26,866 nt of DNA from Candidatus Woesearchaeota archaeon (lineage in GTDB: Archaea > Nanobdellota > Nanobdellia > Pacearchaeales > GW2011-AR1): positions 1-26,866 of the forward strand of contig CAZGTS010000001.1 of assembly GCA_964528865.1 (NCBI GenBank). The letters are read 5' to 3'. Positions 25,941 through 26,866 of this stretch are shown here, piece after piece. The position numbers and the translations under genes are program-made. The notes under the pieces are model-generated. The model made no database searches. It saw only the letters and a list, made by a program, of their open reading frames with translations, and was not told where the DNA came from. Positions within the stretch are counted from its first letter, which is position 1. The number at the start of each line of letters is the position of its first letter.

Positions 25941-26481
25941 AACAACGAAGAATAAATCTGGACAGAAGCAGAAATCGAAGATTTCTCCATTTGCCAAGAA
26001 TAAATCTGGACAAGAGGAACTTATTGGATTTGTCCTAATTATAGTTTTAGTTGCAATTATTGGATTAATTTTTCTTGGGTTCTCTTTAAGGAGTCCTCAG
26101 AAAGAGATAGTTGAAAGTTACGAAGTTGAGAGCTTTATTCAGGCATTTTTGCAATACACTACAGATTGCGGGAATTATAGAGAAAATTATCTGCCACTTC
26201 AAAAATTAATCTCTGCGTGTGTTGATAAAGAAACTTGTTTAGATGAAAGAGAAAGTTGTGATGTTTTAAATTTTACATTGACTGGAATGATTGAAAATAG
26301 TTGGAAAGTGGAAGGAGATAGACCAATTCAAGGTTATGAATTAAAAATTGTGTTAGAAAATGGGACAGAAGTAATCCCTTTGATTAATAATGGGAATAGC
26401 ACGAAGAATTCTAAAGGGGTTTCACAACCTTTTACACCTCTTGGAGAAAATTATGAAGTGACTTTCATAGTTTATTATTAA
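25930..26481 (+). CDS. Class III signal-peptide (pilin-like) protein, about 183 aa
   Basis: KNKSG/QEELIGFVLIIVLVAIIGLIFLGF; the leader motif KNKSGQ is duplicated. Confidence 0.8.
   Translation: MMIKTTKNKSGQKQKSKISPFAKNKSGQEELIGFVLIIVLVAIIGLIFLGFSLRSPQKEIVESYEVESFIQAFLQYTTDCGNYRENYLPLQKLISACVDKETCLDERESCDVLNFTLTGMIENSWKVEGDRPIQGYELKIVLENGTEVIPLINNGNSTKNSKGVSQPFTPLGENYEVTFIVYY
25948..26012. repeat. 17-bp direct repeat flanking a 31-nt hairpin insert
   Basis: AAGAATAAATCTGGACA at 25948-25964 and 25996-26012, with GAAATC-GAA-GATTTC between them; 48-nt period keeps the frame. Confidence 0.8.
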
Positions 26482-26485
26482 CAAA

Positions 26486-26610
26486 AAAAGTAAATCAAAG
26501 ATTTTCATTCGTCCGCCCAAGCGTGGTCGAACGAAACCTAAGCGGTTTTTTGGAATTTCCCTTCCTGTTCCGGTGAAGCGGTTTCTTTATTGCAATCCGA
26601 AGGAAACCGC
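26486..26610. repeat. Cluster of REP-like hairpins / probable bidirectional terminator between convergent genes
   Basis: AAATC-AAA-GATTT (26492-26504), REP copy 4 (26506-26534), AAACC/GGTTT and GCGGTTTC/GAAACCGC (26578-26585/26603-26610). Confidence 0.65.
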
Positions 26611-26614
26611 ACAT

Positions 26615-26866
26615 CTACACTTTCAAATGAATAGTAATTGTATCTACAACTATTTTTGGTCTGTATCTTATTCTGTTCTTTGTCTTTTCCTCTATTAATT
26701 CTATAAAGCCAAATCTCTCTAAAAGTTTGATATCATCATTCACAGATTTAAATCCTCTACCTAATTTTTTAGCTAACTCATAAATTGACTTGGGTTTTTC
26801 TGTTTTTATTGTGTGTAAAATCCTGGCTTTCTCATTACTCAAAAGCTGTCTTAAAGCTAAAACCCC
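26615..26866 (-). CDS. Winged-helix/HTH transcriptional regulator, COG4190-like (5' end outside the window)
   Basis: The frame stays open to the window edge (GVLALRQLLSNEKARIL); KSIYELAKKLGR.FKSV..DIKLLERFGFIEL is an HTH plus wing. Confidence 0.75.
   Translation of the reverse strand, partial: GVLALRQLLSNEKARILHTIKTEKPKSIYELAKKLGRGFKSVNDDIKLLERFGFIELIEEKTKNRIRYRPKIVVDTITIHLKV

Noticed and set aside
1-26866. tRNA, rRNA, transposase, integrase or prophage genes
   Set aside because: No cloverleaf, rRNA-like GC-rich tract or recombinase motifs were recognised by eye; a tRNAscan-SE, Infernal or HMM run would be needed to exclude them formally.

Overview
AT-rich (roughly 30% GC by eye) archaeal window, most likely DPANN/Ca. 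Pacearchaeota-like. This is an inference from a single-chain PriS-PriL primase, an archaeal PCNA, a short histone-fold protein, archaeal TATA boxes and many class III (archaeal prepilin-type) signal peptides. Left part (1-3.7 kb): PadR regulator (partial), HD hydrolase, histone, DUF2238-like membrane protein, Hjc-like nuclease, ComEA-like HhH protein and hypotheticals. 3.7-10.3 kb: Cys-rich membrane-anchored surface proteins, two of them frameshifted (one is a stalked lipase), plus a NYN RNase preceded by a structured leader. 10.3-12.4 kb: divergent primase and PCNA, followed by an array of three hairpins with an identical GAGTTGA loop. 12.6-26.5 kb: a large surface-structure locus with five class III signal-peptide proteins and a 1246-aa Cys-rich protein with a Gly-zipper hydrophobic core. 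The locus also holds a split paralog of that protein, interrupted by duplicated lipoprotein genes and an inverted triplet of small paralogs. A family of ~30-bp REP-like hairpins sits in frame within the prepilin leader-coding regions. No rRNA, tRNA, cas genes or transposase were recognised.
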